From: Octopus sinensis
Taxonomy: Eukaryota
DNA: 64,000 nt
Direction of reading: 5' to 3'
Assembly: GCF_006345805.1 (NCBI RefSeq)
Contig: NC_043006.1
Location: 38,626,001-38,690,000 of the forward strand
Below the pieces are notes generated by a model. It was not told the DNA's origin, did not search any database, and saw only the letters and a list, made by a program, of their open reading frames with translations. The translations under genes and the position numbers were made by a program. Below, in pieces: positions 1-13,094 of this stretch (position 1 is its first letter; the number at the start of each line of letters is the position of its first letter).

Positions 1-1330
1 TTTCAAACTTTTACACAAAGATATCTGATGTGCATCAAGTTGCTTTACGTGTATCAAAATAAATAATCTCATCTTCTTTTGGCATAACATTACAATGTAT
101 TGATTTCTCATCAAAATATCATCATCGAATGTGCACAGCGACTTTACTTGAAATGGAAATTTAGCTAAGACTGTCTTGGAATGGATTTTTGACTCTTGAG
201 ATTTAAATAAAAGATTCAGGAAAGATAAAGTAGAATACTTATGCATATGTGTATATATGAATGTATGTATATGTTTATGCGTGTATGTATCTATGTATGT
301 ATGTATGTGAGCATGGTTAACACGTTAAATACCATCCTAAAAAATATGTAGAGTTAAATGATGTGGTACTACACAAAGTCATTATCATACCAGAAACAGA
401 TATGTGAGCTTGATAGGCTACTTTTAAAAGATACAAACACAAATGAATGCTTCATATCCTCCTCAAATGGCTAAAACAATATCAAGGGAATTACTGTCAC
501 ATTTTCCATGCATTTAATAACTTAAGATAACTTCACACAATGCTACGTTACAAACTGAGATCAAAAGTTGTGAAATAATTGGAAAACAAGTTTAATTTAG
601 ATCTAACATGAAATTATAGAATTGGTTAAACTAATAAACTATAATCAAAAGTTACTCGGGCCTAGTTCACTATTAATTTTGTTGAATTTAGCAGAAGTGA
701 AAAGAAAGGTTAGAAGAGGTTATGCATGGCATGTGTGTGCAGGGTGTGGCTTTTGCCCTTCACAGTGGAGCGACTGTGCGGTAAGAAGTTTGCTTCCCAC
801 CCACGTGGTTCCAGGTTCAGTCTCACTTTGTGGTATCTTGAGCAAGTATTTTCTACTATAGCTCTGGGCCAACAAAAGCCATGTGAGTGGATTTGGTAGA
901 TGGAAACTGAAAGAAGCCTGTCGTGTATATATATGTATATGTATTTATATAGTTTTGTATATAAAAGTGGTGAGCTGGCAGAAGTGTTAGCACGCCGGGC
1001 GAAATGCTTAGCAGTGTTTCATCTGCCGTTATGTTCTGAGTTCAAATTCCACCAGGGTCGACTTTGCCTTTCATCCTTTTGGGGTTGATTGAATACAGTT
1101 AAGCACTGGGGTCGATGTGATTGACTTAATCCCTTTGTCTGTCCTTGTTTGTCCCCATGTGAGCATAGGAATGTGGACTTAAAATGCTGCTACTGCTGCT
1201 GATGATGATGATTGTGATTATGATGGTGGTGGTGGTGACGGTGGTGATTGCAATGATGGTGATGATTATGGTGATGATGATGAAGATGATGCTGATATGA
1301 CTTGTTATCCTCTCCTATATATATGTATAA

Positions 1331-1392
<62 letters not shown>

Positions 1393-1393
1393 G

Positions 1394-2648
1394 CAAGCTG
1401 CACAAGGTATTTGAGGACATACCTTTTTGGGGTCATTGCTGCATTTTTTGCTAACTCTGTATAAACTTTGTTTCAGGAAATAATAATGGCAGACCCTCAG
1501 CTTGCTCAAGAAATGAAGAGGCCTGCTGTTATTGTGGTTATAAAGGCTGAGCATAGTGGTTTAGAAATATCTCAATTTTTAAATGGTGCCAGGTCGTTTG
1601 TCTACAAAGTTTGTAAGGAGCTAGAGATTGAAGATAGAAATGTATCACCTGTATCAATGCATAAAAAGTATTCTAAATGCTCTGAAACCATCAGAACGCA
1701 TGCATTTATCCAGCAAGTTCAACAGACCATTGATTACAATCCAGAAAGTCCATGAGGTCAATTGCAAAAGATCTCCATATGTCAGAAGGAACAGTCAGAA
1801 ATGTTGTCCACAAAGACATCAGATGTAAGTTTTATATGATGAGGAAGGGTCAATTTTTCAGAAAAGCAAAAGAAAATCTCTACATCGGATCTAAAAGTCT
1901 CTTAAACAAATTGAAAAATACAGCAGAAGAAGATCTGATTTGGTTTTTCTCAAACAAGAAAAACTTCAACCAGGATCAAAAAGTTAACAGGAGAAATGAC
2001 AGATGGTTATGTGCAGACCCTTCTGAAGTTCCAAGTGTTATGCATACAAAATTTCCTGCAACTGTCATAGTTTTAGGGGTTGTCAGCAATGAAGGACATG
2101 TAAGCCTCCTTACTTCTTTCCACAAGGCCTTAGAGGTAACTCTGCCGCCTACATTGAGGTCCTGGAAATAATTGTTAAGCCCTGAATAGACAGTGTATCC
2201 AACGGAAGGCCATATGCGTTTCAGTAAGACTCTGCACTATCACACATGGCTCTAGTAACACAGGAATGGATGGATGAAAACTTTCATGATCACATAACCC
2301 CTAACATTTGGCCTTCTAATTCCCCAGATCTCAATCCATTGGACTATTACATGTGGAGTGTTGTTGAGAGGTCAATGAACATGCCCATAACACCAAAGAT
2401 TCTTTGAAAGTTGCCATAGTCAGAGTAATGTTCAAAATGAACCAGAACCTCTTGATTTGAGCATGTAGATGATTTAGATCTCATATAGAAACAGTTGGGG
2501 AAGCTGAAGCTGGCTTTATTGAATAACATTATAGAAAAGAAGGTTTATTTTCATCCTCACAGCATTTTTTGACAAAGTTATTATCTGTTATTGTATAACT
2601 GGTTTTTTTATAAACATAAATCTCTACACAAATATCTTACCCACCCTG
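1394..2648 (+). mobile_element. Full-length decayed maT (DD37D) Tc1/mariner transposon
   Basis: Fragmented transposase: ORFs 1468-1755 and 1752-2171, then Q*DSALSH...WPSNSPDLNPLDYYMW with 37 residues between the last two Asp. The 3' end cccaccctg|ta partly matches the 5' end caagctgcacaaggtatttg as a degenerate TIR. Confidence 0.85.
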
Positions 2649-3203
2649 TATTTTACTCTCTCTCTGTGAGACTGAGTCAAAAGGACAAAGAGACGAAACA
2701 TTTGTCTCATCTCCATATCACTAAATATTGGTTTCAAATTTTGGCACAAGGCCAACACCTTTGCAGAGTGAGGAGAGGGTGGGGTGGGTGTTAAGTCAAT
2801 TACACCAACTCAAGTACACAGATGGTACATATTTTATTGACCCTGAAAGTTATAAAGATAAAAAGTTGACCTGAACAGAATTTAAACTCAGAACATAAAG
2901 ACAGATAAACTACAGTTAAGCATTTTGCCTGGCGTGCTAACGATTCCATCAGCTCACCACCTTCATATTACTAGATATTTATGCTATATATTTCATATCT
3001 TTTACTTGTCATTGGACTGTGGCCATGCTGGGGCACTGCCTTGAAGGGTTTTAATCAAACAAATCGACCCCAGGACCTATGTTCTTTTTTTTTAAAGTCT
3101 GGTGTTTATTCTATTGATCACTTTTGCTGAACTGCTAAGTTATGGAGATGTAAGCAAATGAACACCAGTTATCAAGCAGTGATGCAGAACAAACATAAAC
3201 ACA

Positions 3204-3695
3204 CGCAGGAGTGGCTGTGTGGTAAGTAGCTTGCTACCCAACCACATGGTTCCGGGTTCAGTCCCACTGCATGGCATCTTGGGAAAGTGTCTTCTGCTAT
3301 AGCCCCGGGCCGACCAATGCCTTGTGAGTGGATTTGGTAGACGGAAACTGAAAAAAACCCGTCGTATATATATATATATATATATATATATCAGGTTAAT
3401 CTAAACGGGAAAACAGAAAAAACAATAACACGTGGAACAATTACAGTATTATTATTATTAGGCGCTCAGGAAAATGGAAGAAGGAGGGTATGACGTTTCG
3501 AGCGGAGCTCTATGTGTTTGTGTGTCTGTGTTTGTCCCCCTAGCATTGCTTGACAGCCGATGCTGGTGCGTTTACGTCCCCGTCACTTAGCAGTTCGGCT
3601 TACAAAGAATAAGTCCCGGGGTCGATTCGCTCGACTAGAGGCGGTGCTCCAGCATGGCCACAGTCAAATGACTGAAACAAGTAAAAGAGTAAGAG
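3204..3695 (+). mobile_element. Abundant octopus tRNA-derived SINE (gcaggagtggctgtgtggtaag head, internal microsatellite)
   Basis: Same consensus recurs at 762-935, 11125-11285, 19505-19880, 27250-27590, 33790-33960, 34860-35000, 41505-42010 and 52925-53250. Confidence 0.85.
3392..3511 (-). mobile_element. Truncated family-B HHR repeat nested in the microsatellite of a SINE
   Basis: Reverse complement GAGC tcc GCTC GAAA CGTC ataccctccttcttccattttcctgagcg, homologous to 43071-43120; the CUGAnGA half is lost. Confidence 0.7.
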
Positions 3696-4534
3696 TACAC
3701 ACACAAACACAGACACCCATATATGTATATATGTGTGTGTGTGTATGTATATGTGTACTTAGGGAATCAAGGAAAGGTAGATGGTTTACACGGAAATGGT
3801 AAATGATTTACGGCACAAAAAAAATTAAACATGCTAAAATAAATTCATCATGATTTATCTTTATTAATTATAGAAGCAGACATGTTGCATAAGATTAATT
3901 TTGAGGATCTGATCAAAGACTTTGCAATTAACAAAAGGGGGAGAAAACTTTTCAAATATAATTAAAGTGGAAGTATGCAAAAACAAACATTATTTCCCAT
4001 CTTTCTGTTAGTTTTCACTTTGAAAAATAAAAATTTATTTTATGGTTTATTGTTGTTTATATTTGGGGGTACCAAAATCATTTATGTGCTTAGGGGGCCT
4101 CAATGGGTTTTAATTCAGCCCTATTCATAGCCTTAAACTAACAGGAAATATAAAGATCAGTACAGCAAGAAATTTATATTTCACAATAGGGATTCCATCT
4201 GCCAGGTATTACCTATTTGTGACTAGGTAGACTGTGTTTTTGCAAATGACAAACTGCAGCATAGCTGACATTTTAATGCTGTAAATTCCTTAATTCAGTT
4301 TTCCACAACCCTATCTGCAATTCTTCCCCAATGTGGGATTTATCTTCCATTCATTTAATCTTGCAGGAAGCAGATTGGAATCTTGTCTTAAAGGATTCTT
4401 GTAATTCATAAAATACAGAAAAAAAAATCTATTTTCAAACTGATGTCAAAATAAGACAAGAAGAAAATTATAATAGGATAATTAAAATATAAAAAAAAAA
4501 TACAAAAGGAATAAGGAATTCCCAGATTACTTAC

Positions 4535-4727
4535 TGACATTAGTTCCATGGATGGCATTTCCTAGTAAAGGATCTTTTCTCATGTCATATTTGCGGTTGT
4601 TAATGACAAGCTCTTGAATACACCCTGAGAACTTGTGTGTAGTTCCAACTCTCTTTGATATAGCTGACATATTGTTGAATCCTCCGAGGAATAAATCTTG
4701 CCGCAATGTTATTCTACTGAAATCAGT
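4535..4727 (-). CDS. EGFLAM: Internal exon of a pikachurin/EGFLAM-like (SP2353-like) gene, C-terminal half of a laminin-G domain
   Basis: Acceptor tgtttttcag|ACT at 4727 and donor GTC A|gtaagt at 4535; 193 nt, phase 0 to phase 1. Encodes TDFSRITLRQDLFLGGFNNMSAISKRVGTTHKFSGCIQELVINNRKYDMRKDPLLGNAIHGTNV, which aligns by eye with pikachurin LamG1 as I recall it (YSKITFRTPLYLGG...FQGCVQSLAVNGRRIDMR). Confidence 0.85.
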
Positions 4728-4869
4728 CTGAAAAACAATCAAAGGAGCAAAGAATTGAAATGTGGAAGGTGATAACTAATCATAATAATAATAATAATAA
4801 TAATGATAATAATAATAATAATAATAATAATAATCATGATTATCATCTGAGAAAGACATATAATTAATG

Positions 4870-5345
4870 AATGCTCGAAACTAGCCTGAAAGGAATACAA
4901 AAAATGTCATGACAAAGTAAGAATGTGAATACAGTGGAAGTTGTGCAAGAAGTATGGGTTAGATTGTTCCAACAAGTGGTATGATCATCAACCTTTACCA
5001 GTAGCAGAGAATGATAAAGTGAGACTCACCTGGAATAGATCAATATATATAAACAAAAAGCTGCACCATAACTGACCAAATATCATTCTCCTACTGAAGG
5101 AATCTAAAAAATTGGAACTGCAATGACATAGCTATACTTGCAAACCAAAATATTGTCAAGACAGAGGGTGAGAAAGTCCAGAAGTACAAAGACATAAGAT
5201 TGGAACTGAAAAAAGTTCATATAGCCTCAAAAGTGAGTGTGACACGATCTCAAAAGCTGCAAATACCAAACATCTTAGGAAGTATTCAAATGGCAGCAAT
5301 ACTCGGAATAGATCATGTGTTGAGGAAAGTGTTGCATCTCTAAGC
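4870..5345 (+). mobile_element. R4/Dong-clade non-LTR fragment (RLE endonuclease region)
   Basis: Remnants KWYDHQPLPVAENDKVRLTWN, EKVQKYKDIRLEL and AAILGIDHVLRKVL; preceded by (TAA)n. Confidence 0.75.
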
Positions 5346-5439
5346 TGTGGCTTGGAGCAAAAATGTGATACAGACACAGATAAATCAGTTGAGTGAATAA
5401 AAATGATAATAATGCAGAAAAAAAGAAGAACAATAGAAC

Positions 5440-6085
5440 AGGAAAGAAATGGAACTACATGGCTAATTCATGCAACAATCTGAAAATGACAGAAGTAAAG
5501 GTTGCTGGCTCTGGTTGAATGGCAGGAACTTGAAATCATCATCTTAGGGGAGAAATGAAACAGAAATGCTAACTATAGCCCCTTAGAAACAAGCCCTTAT
5601 AACAAACCTGATAAAGACAAAAACTGACAAAACTAAGTCAGACAAGAAATGCATAATATGCAGGAAATATGATAGTTCCAATTACTTTCTGAGTGAGTGA
5701 AGTATACTAGCACAAAAGGAGTATAAATGCCGACTTGTAGGCAAAAGTGTGCATTGGGATGTTTGTTGAGTGTGTAACTTCAAAACAACAGAAAATTTGT
5801 ATGAACACGAAACAGCAGTTGTGAAAGAAAATGAGAATTGCTAGATCTTGAAGGATTTCCCCACAATGATTATTGGTCATACTATTGAAAGAGAAGACTA
5901 GATTGGATCATAGAGGACAAAACAGTGTAAGATCATAGATGCAGAGATGATACCAAAGTAACTGGATAAATTGAGAAATATCAGGATCAAGTCAAAGAGC
6001 TGAGGAAACTGGAAGATCAAGACAACAATTATTCCCGTGGTAACTGGTGCTCTTGGCACAACATCCAAAATTCTACCTAAGAACA
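5440..6085 (+). mobile_element. R4/Dong-clade fragment (zinc-knuckle plus RLE region)
   Basis: Remnants ELHG*FMQ, KQAL..NLIKTKTDKTKSDKKCIIC, LAQKEYK, VHWDVC and IIPVVTGALGTT. Confidence 0.75.
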
Positions 6086-7105
6086 GTTTCTCTGTTTCTT
6101 TTAGAGAAATATTGTCATCTGTTTATAAAGCATTTTTTTCTTGATAATCTCTGACAACTATATCTGGCCTATTGGCCTTAATTTCCCTATCTGTGTGCAT
6201 TATTATTAGTATTATTATTATTACTGTTATTATTGACTGGAACATAGTGAAAACGTTTTTTTCCTTCTTCATTCTAGATATTACCAACAGAAATTTTCTG
6301 TGAAGTGCTGTGCTCCTTAAAAATGGTCATAATTACTTGGTAAAAGCCTGCCCAGATACATAGGGGTAGAATTAAGAAAATAACAAAAGAAAAAAAGGTT
6401 GTTTTTGCAGGTTTTATTTTATTTACTTATATGTGCTGGTTACCAGATACAAACAAGACAAAACATTGCAATAGCTTTGTTGGAGAATTGAACCCAAAAC
6501 TAAACAGTTGTAAAGCAAGGTTCTTAACCACACAGCCATGCCTATGTTCACACACCCAATAAGGAAACATAATGACATGAAGAGGTAAGTATGAAACTGT
6601 TGAGCGTTTCATTAGCTTGTAGTGCTTAGATACCACAAAGAATCATTTCTCGTATATTTATCCCCTTAGCAAGAGATCCTGAAATTGGTAGGATCACGTT
6701 ACTAGCAATCCAATCTTCTTGTGATACCTTCAGCAGTATAATGTGATAGGATGAAAAAATAATTATCTGGCCTATTTTTATCTCTTTTTTTTTTTTTTTT
6801 TTTTTTTTTTTGTCTTACTAATTATCTGTTTGTGAATTCTGAGAAAAACATCTCGTTGTTGGAAGAAAACAGTTTCAACAACTGATTAAAATTTAAGGAA
6901 ATCAACAATTGAACTAAAATTTTCCAAATTAACACAGTTTGTTTCATTTTTGTTGCTTGGAACTATTGTTATTTTTTAGTTCTTAGGGAAGAAGTTATTT
7001 TCAGTGGAATTTTTAGTACTACTTTCTTGTTGCTAAATTCTTTTCTCTGGTAATTATTGTTTGTGAATGATAAACAAAATATTCTCGAAATTTAATGGCA
7101 AAATC

Positions 7106-7140
<35 letters not shown>

Positions 7141-7609
7141 TAATAATAATAATAATAACAAAACAAAATGAATTTATATAGAAAGCAAAGAAATTTATAA
7201 ACCATTTTCTATAAACTAGAAAGACAAAATGTAAATGTATTTTTATTTTTATAATGCTTTAAATTTCTTGTTGGTATATGTTTTTATATTTTTAACCTAA
7301 ACTATCCATAAGCAACAAACAAAAATGTTTACTTAAAAATGCAGACCAACAAACAGCTTGCTTTAGAATCACCCCATCTCCAACGTAAACAATATCACGA
7401 CAATAGCTTGGCTTCTACTGTTACTAATAGTAGTGGTATTAACACCAAAAACACCACGATAATAACCAGTGCGGTTATAAATTATTATTACTAGATGTCT
7501 CCACCGTTATTATCTTTCATCGTTATTATACATTGCGAATAACAGGAATAATGGCAACTGTCTCATACTCCATTATAGTTGCAGTCGGTCCCCAACAACA
7601 CAGCAATAG

Positions 7610-7611
7610 CA

Positions 7612-7672
<61 letters not shown>

Positions 7673-8280
7673 TTATTATTGCTACTACTACTACTGCAAC
7701 CATTGTTACCATTACTAGCACAAGTATTGCCATTACCATAACCACCATATCAACTACCATCACAACAACAACAACATTAGCACCAAGCTGCTACCATCAA
7801 TGCTATCACCACAACCATCAACATTACCACCACAACCATCAGGACCACCATCACAATTATCACTGCCACCATCACCACCGCAACCATCACCAACACCACA
7901 ACCATTACCACCACCACCACAACCATCACCACCACCCCTACCATCAACGCCATCTCCACAGCCCTCATCACCACCATGACCACAAACATCAACACTATCA
8001 CCACTTCCATCAGGACCACCATCAAAATCATCGCTGCCACCAACACAACCATCACCACTACGACCATCAACACTATTGCTACAACCCTCACCACCACCAC
8101 CCTCACCACCATCGCCACTGCCACCAACCCCCACCCCACCATAACCCCAACTGTCCCAACTACCACCACTGCCACCACCACCGCCGCCACCACCACAACC
8201 ACCAAAACCACCACCACCACCACCACCACCACCACCACCACCAGCAACATCAACAACATCACCATAGCAAACATCAATAT
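7610..8280. repeat. Compound trinucleotide low-complexity tract (CTA/CAC/CAT/CAA)
   Basis: Source of the spurious His/Thr/Val/Gly-rich ORFs. Similar tracts at 23450-23830, 46470-46970, 51700-52100, 53810-54070 and 55340-55700. Confidence 0.95.
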
Positions 8281-9199
8281 ATGAAAGCCCAAATACATTC
8301 TGAATCAATTCTTGTTTGAAAAACAAAAACAAAAAATAAATATCTGGTGTGCAAAATATTTCCAAAAATTCTTTTGAAAGCTGAATTGCCTAAGGTGGCA
8401 CACATGTTTTAGAGTGTCATATTCCTGGGGTTTGATGGCACAAAAATTGAGGACAGATTGTTGACAGAAGTGACAACAACATCATCTTTTGGACTTCATG
8501 AATATCGAAGAACAATTCTTTGCTTACCGAGCACACGGCTCTGGATTCAGTCCCAATGTGTGGCACCTTGGGCAAGTGTCTTCTGCCATAGCCTCATTAA
8601 AGATGTCCAGCCATGGAAAGTCGGTTTCAATAAATACTATCCGACTCATGCAAGCATGGAAAAGTAGACGTTGGATAATGATGATGACGACAATGATGAT
8701 GATGATGATGTTAACTTGAGGATTTTCCTTTCCATTACAAGTACATAATTTAAATTCATTAAATATATATTTGACTTGTTATATTAAGTAAATTATCTCT
8801 AGCTGAAGTAAAATACCATGATTCTAAATGGTTATACATCCAAGTACAATAATAGCATTTGGTCATGTAACCTTTTGGCCAAAACATAATTTTTTTTCAT
8901 CAAGAGGCCATTTTATGTACGTTGTTTAAGAGGTGATGCAACATTCTAACGAGACAATCTATCTAAATTGGAACCAATTACTGGAATGAAGATAATGAAG
9001 CATTTCAGGAATAGACTTGATTAATATTGTAACATCATTGAACTCGCAATGCACTTTTAACATTCAGCATCTGTTTCGTTAAAACAAGCATAAATTATGA
9101 ATGTTCAGGAGTTGGTTATTTGTATTTACAAACAGCTTTGCTGGGCAGCAAGTTTAATATACTGGCAGACAGGAGCCATTCCTTGTGCAAGATGAAAGC

Positions 9200-9450
9200 T
9201 TGCTGAATGCAGTCATGTATCCTGTCACAATTTGTAGTTGGAAACCTTTCTTCAGGGCACAGATGAGGAAGGGCAAAAGAGACAGACAGAGAAAATCTTG
9301 ATTTGAGAAAATCAAGGACTGGACAGGTCACAACTCAGTGGACCGGTTATGCATGATAGAGAACAGAGACTATTAGTGATGGCTGACTACAAATGTATCA
9401 TGAATGGTACCACAATGACTGGCTGCATCAATTAAGGGATCTTGATGGTG
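9200..9450 (+). mobile_element. RTE-clade LINE 3' fragment
   Basis: Remnant RKGKRDRQRKS*FEKIKDWTG resembles the RTE C-terminal GRQRKSWMDNIKEWTG; a (GAT)n-like tail follows. Confidence 0.55.
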
Positions 9451-9847
9451 ATGATGATTTAAGGCCGTAATGTAAATAAAAAGATAGGCAAATATATTAT
9501 GTTTATTTACTAGGATCGGTTGGCTAATCATCATCATCATTATCATCGTTTAATGTCTGCCTTCCATGCTGGCATAGGTTGAATGGTTTGACTGGGGACT
9601 GGCAAGCCAGGAGGCCGCACCAGACTCCAATTTGATCTGGCAATGTTTCTACAGATGGATGCCCTTCCTAATGCCAACCACGAGTGTAATGGATGTTTTT
9701 ACGTGCCACTGCTACAAGTGCCATTTGCGTGACACCAGTATCTGCCACGACTGAATTTACTCAGCTCAAAGGGTTTTTTCTGAAGCATGACATAATGCCA
9801 AAAGTCTTGGTCATTGCCTCCATGAGCCCAACACACACATATATATA

Positions 9848-11092
9848 CAGGGTGCGATGGGTAAATTGTTACCATTTCATATTTTTACTTTCGCGCATGA
9901 GCATTGTTTTTGATTTTGTTGACTACAGAGTATAGTTGGGTCAGTTGGGCACCATCTGTGAGAAAAACAGCACCATGACACAATTCACTCTGCTAGAAAT
10001 TTGGAAACAACATGCTGTACTGCTTGACATTCATGCCAGGAGCTCCAATATGAATATTTCAGAGTGTCTGGGTGTTGATCTGAGAACAGTGTAGAGGATT
10101 CAGTTTGAGTTAAATGAGTCTAATGGTGATTACAAAGGTACAGCAGTTCTGAAAATTCATTCTGGTCGTTCTGATAAGAAAAAAACTCCTAAATTTGTTG
10201 GTGAAATCCAGGCCATGATTGACAATGATCCCTCAAAGTCAACCAGGTCCAATGCCAGGAATAAGGGAGTGCATGAGTTTCTTATCGGGCTGGTAGTGCA
10301 TGAAGATATTTGGTATTCCTCATACAAGATGAGAAAGGGCCAATTTTTATCCCAAGCCATCAAGGACAAGAGAAAAGACAGTGCTATGATGATTTTGAAC
10401 AAACTCAAGCATACCCTCCAACTGAACATGTTTTGGTTTTTCTCAAATAAGAGAAATTTCTGCCAGGATCAGATGGTAAACATACAGAACAACTGTTAGC
10501 TTGCCGTGTCCCCAAAGCATGTACCGAGAATGATAAAAATCAAACATCCAGTGATCACTAGTGATGGTGACGTTATGCCACCATTCATCTTCCCACATGG
10601 CCTCAGACTCAACATCAAGTGCCTGGAGGAGGTAGTGCTGCCCTGGATGGCTGCTGGAAGACCCTATGTCTGGCAACAGGACTCTGCACCATGCCACACA
10701 AGCTGGAGAACCCAGTCATGGCTGGAGAACCCAATCATTTCTGTGACCACATCACCTCTAAGATCCACCTAACTCCCCATGCTGCAACCGCTTTGATTAT
10801 TATGTGTGAGGTGCAGTTAAGCGAGAGTCCAACAAAACTCCTCCTAACACCAAAGACAAACTAAAGGCAAGGATTACGGCAGTATTCACCAACTGTAACA
10901 AGGAGGCCATCCTGAAGAGTTGCAGGAGATTCTGAATCCTTCTGGAGGTCGGAGTTGAAGCTAATAATGATTTTATTGAATAAATTTACTCTAAAATATT
11001 TGAAGATATTTTTATGTAATTTTGGTAAATACATCTGTTGGTGTTATTTTCATTTTTAAGTAATTTAGGAGACAGTTTATTCACGTACCCTG
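9848..11092 (+). mobile_element. Second full-length decayed maT-type transposon (different subfamily)
   Basis: TA|CAGGGTGCGATGGGTAAATTG ... CAGTTTATTCACGTACCCTG|TA imperfect TIRs with TA on both sides. Transposase remnants include RKGQFLSQ, WFFSNKRNFCQDQ and GRPYVWQQDSAPCH. Confidence 0.85.
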
Positions 11093-11097
11093 TATAT

Positions 11098-11129
<32 letters not shown>

Positions 11130-11494
11130 GACAGGCTTCTTTCAGTTTCCATCTATCAAATTCACTCAGGCTTTGGTCAGCCCAAGGTTATAGTAGAAGA
11201 CACTTGCCGAAGGGACCATGCAATCAGACTGACCCCAGAATCATGCGGCTGGGAAGCAAGCTTCTTACCACACAGCCAGACAGCATCATTCTTACCACAC
11301 AGCATCATTCCCACATCCTCACAACCATTAAGTGCTTCACCATCGCAACACACAGCACTTTGTTTATTCTGCTCCACTGATAAGATTGGTGGGTCTATGC
11401 TTTTTATCCAGGACACAGCTTTTAGTCAGGAAAGAAAGAAATACTTTACATTATTTTCATTTGATGGATATTAGTTCTCATCTTGTTTGTTGTT

Positions 11495-11540
11495 AACACA
11501 ACGTTTTGGCTGATGTACCCTCCAGCCTTCATCAGGTGTC
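11495..11540 (-). ncRNA. Type I hammerhead motif, family A, inverted copy (G12A)
   Basis: Reverse complement GACAC-CTGATGA-a-GGCTG gagggtacat CAGCC-AAAA-CGTT-GTGTT. Confidence 0.7.
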
Positions 11541-11719
11541 TTGGGGAAATTTTGAACCTGAGTTCTCATTCCTAAAGTATTTTTCGATGCATATGGCATA
11601 GTGGTTAAGAGCGCAGGCTACTAACCCCAAGATTCCAAGTTCGATTCCAGGCAGTGACCTGAATAATAATAATAATAATAATAACATCGAAAAATACCTT
11701 AGGTTCCAAATTTCCCCAA

Positions 11720-11765
11720 GACACCTGATGAAGGCAGAAGGATATATCAGCCGAAACATTGTGTT
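11720..11765 (+). ncRNA. Type I minimal hammerhead ribozyme motif, family A (slightly mutated)
   Basis: GACAC-CTGATGA-a-GGCAG..CAGCC-GAAA-CATT-GTGTT. Stem I GACAC/GTGTT; one mismatch in stem II; stem III palindrome reads ACAT instead of ACGT. Confidence 0.75.
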
Positions 11766-12493
11766 AATAACAAGATGAGGACAAATATCCATTAAATGTA
11801 AATAATGTAAATAATTCCTCATTTCTTAAATATAGAACTGAAAGAAATACTTTATCCACAATATTACATTTGTGAATTCATCAAATAGTTTATGAAAGAC
11901 ATAGTTAATTGTAGGTTTAAGGAAAAGGGATTGAAGACTTAAAGAGATGCAGTTGCTCCTTTAATTATCAGATTAAGTATTCACGATGAAGGCATAACGA
12001 AATTAGAAAATAAAATACACATTAGCTTTTATGCCCAACCCTAGACAAAACTTTTGAATGGATTAGTAAGGACTAAACAATAATTATAAAGTAATTAGCT
12101 ATTGTCATACTGCTATGATAGATTCTGTTGCTGAGCAAGACACTGATCCTTAACATGACCTGGCAGCTGCTGCTGCTGTTATAGTTGCTTGGCACCAGGT
12201 GAGCCTTAATCAATCAGACATATGATTTTCAGTGTTTTAGCTATGGTTATACAATTTTCTATTCAGATACTAGAGTAGTTTATAGGCACAAGTATGGCTG
12301 TGCAATAAGAAGCTTGCTTCCCAGTCACGTAGTATATTTAAGAGTGATTTGGCTGCTATTTCTAGCAAATTCAGTGACATCTAGTTTTAACTCATGATGA
12401 TGGTAGTCATGTGGAATGGCAACGTTGTTATGGACAAAGCTTGTAACACTGGTAGTGGTAGAGGTGGAGGTAGCAGTAGTAGTAGTAATAGTG

Positions 12494-12542
<49 letters not shown>

Positions 12543-12750
12543 AGTAGTAGTAGTAGTAGTAGTGATGTTGCCAGTCTGCTCAATAATATATTAGTCAGAA
12601 ATTTTGGAGAAATTTCCAGCATTCTTAAGGTGAGTTCAAAATGTCAATAAAAAGAGAGTAAAAGTTAGGTGATAAGATGCACTCTCTATAAAAGAGAAGT
12701 GAAAGACCATCTTGCTATTACAGCTTCCTGGGGTTGTTAGTTTCCTATTT

Positions 12751-13073
12751 TAAAGACTCCGCTGGTTACGACGACGAGGGTCCCAGCTGATACGATCAAC
12801 GGAACAGCTTGCTCGTGAAATTAACGTGCAAATGGCTGAGCATTCCACAGACACGTGTACCCTTAACGTAGTTCTCGGGGATAATCAGCGTGACACAGAG
12901 TGACAAGGCTGACCCTTTGAAATACAAGTACAACTCATTTTTGCCAGCTGAGTGGACTGGAGCAACGTGAAATAAAGTGTCTTGCTCAAGGACACAACGC
13001 GTCGCCGGGAATCGAACTCACAACCTTACGATCATGAGCCGAATGCCCTAACCACTAAGCCACGCGCCCTCAC
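12751..13073 (-). mobile_element. Young tRNA-derived SINE with a 12-bp TSD
   Basis: A box TGGCTTAGTGG and B box GTTCGATTCC on the minus strand; CpG-rich; TSD AGTTTCCTATTT at 12739-12750 and 13074-13085. Confidence 0.9.
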
Positions 13074-13094
13074 AGTTTCCTATTTAGGGTTACC

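Larger units (their letters stand above)
11449..11839 (+). mobile_element. Composite element: inverted HHR arm, tRNA-like head, (AAT)n, HHR-bearing Penelope-like terminal unit
   Basis: Arms 11449-11589 and 11685-11810 are reverse complements. A box TGGCATAGTGG at 11594-11604, B box GTTCGATTCC at 11639-11648. Flanking direct repeat gaaagaaa(a)tacttta at 11433-11448 and 11840-11854. Confidence 0.8.

Noticed and set aside
7579-8365. 246-aa His-rich ORF and overlapping Gly/Val/Thr-rich ORFs
   Set aside because: Open in multiple frames on both strands because they are trinucleotide repeats; no non-repetitive coding signal.
11589-11660. tRNA gene
   Set aside because: A and B boxes are present but there is no closed acceptor stem; it is a SINE-type head, as are the other tRNA-like heads in the window.
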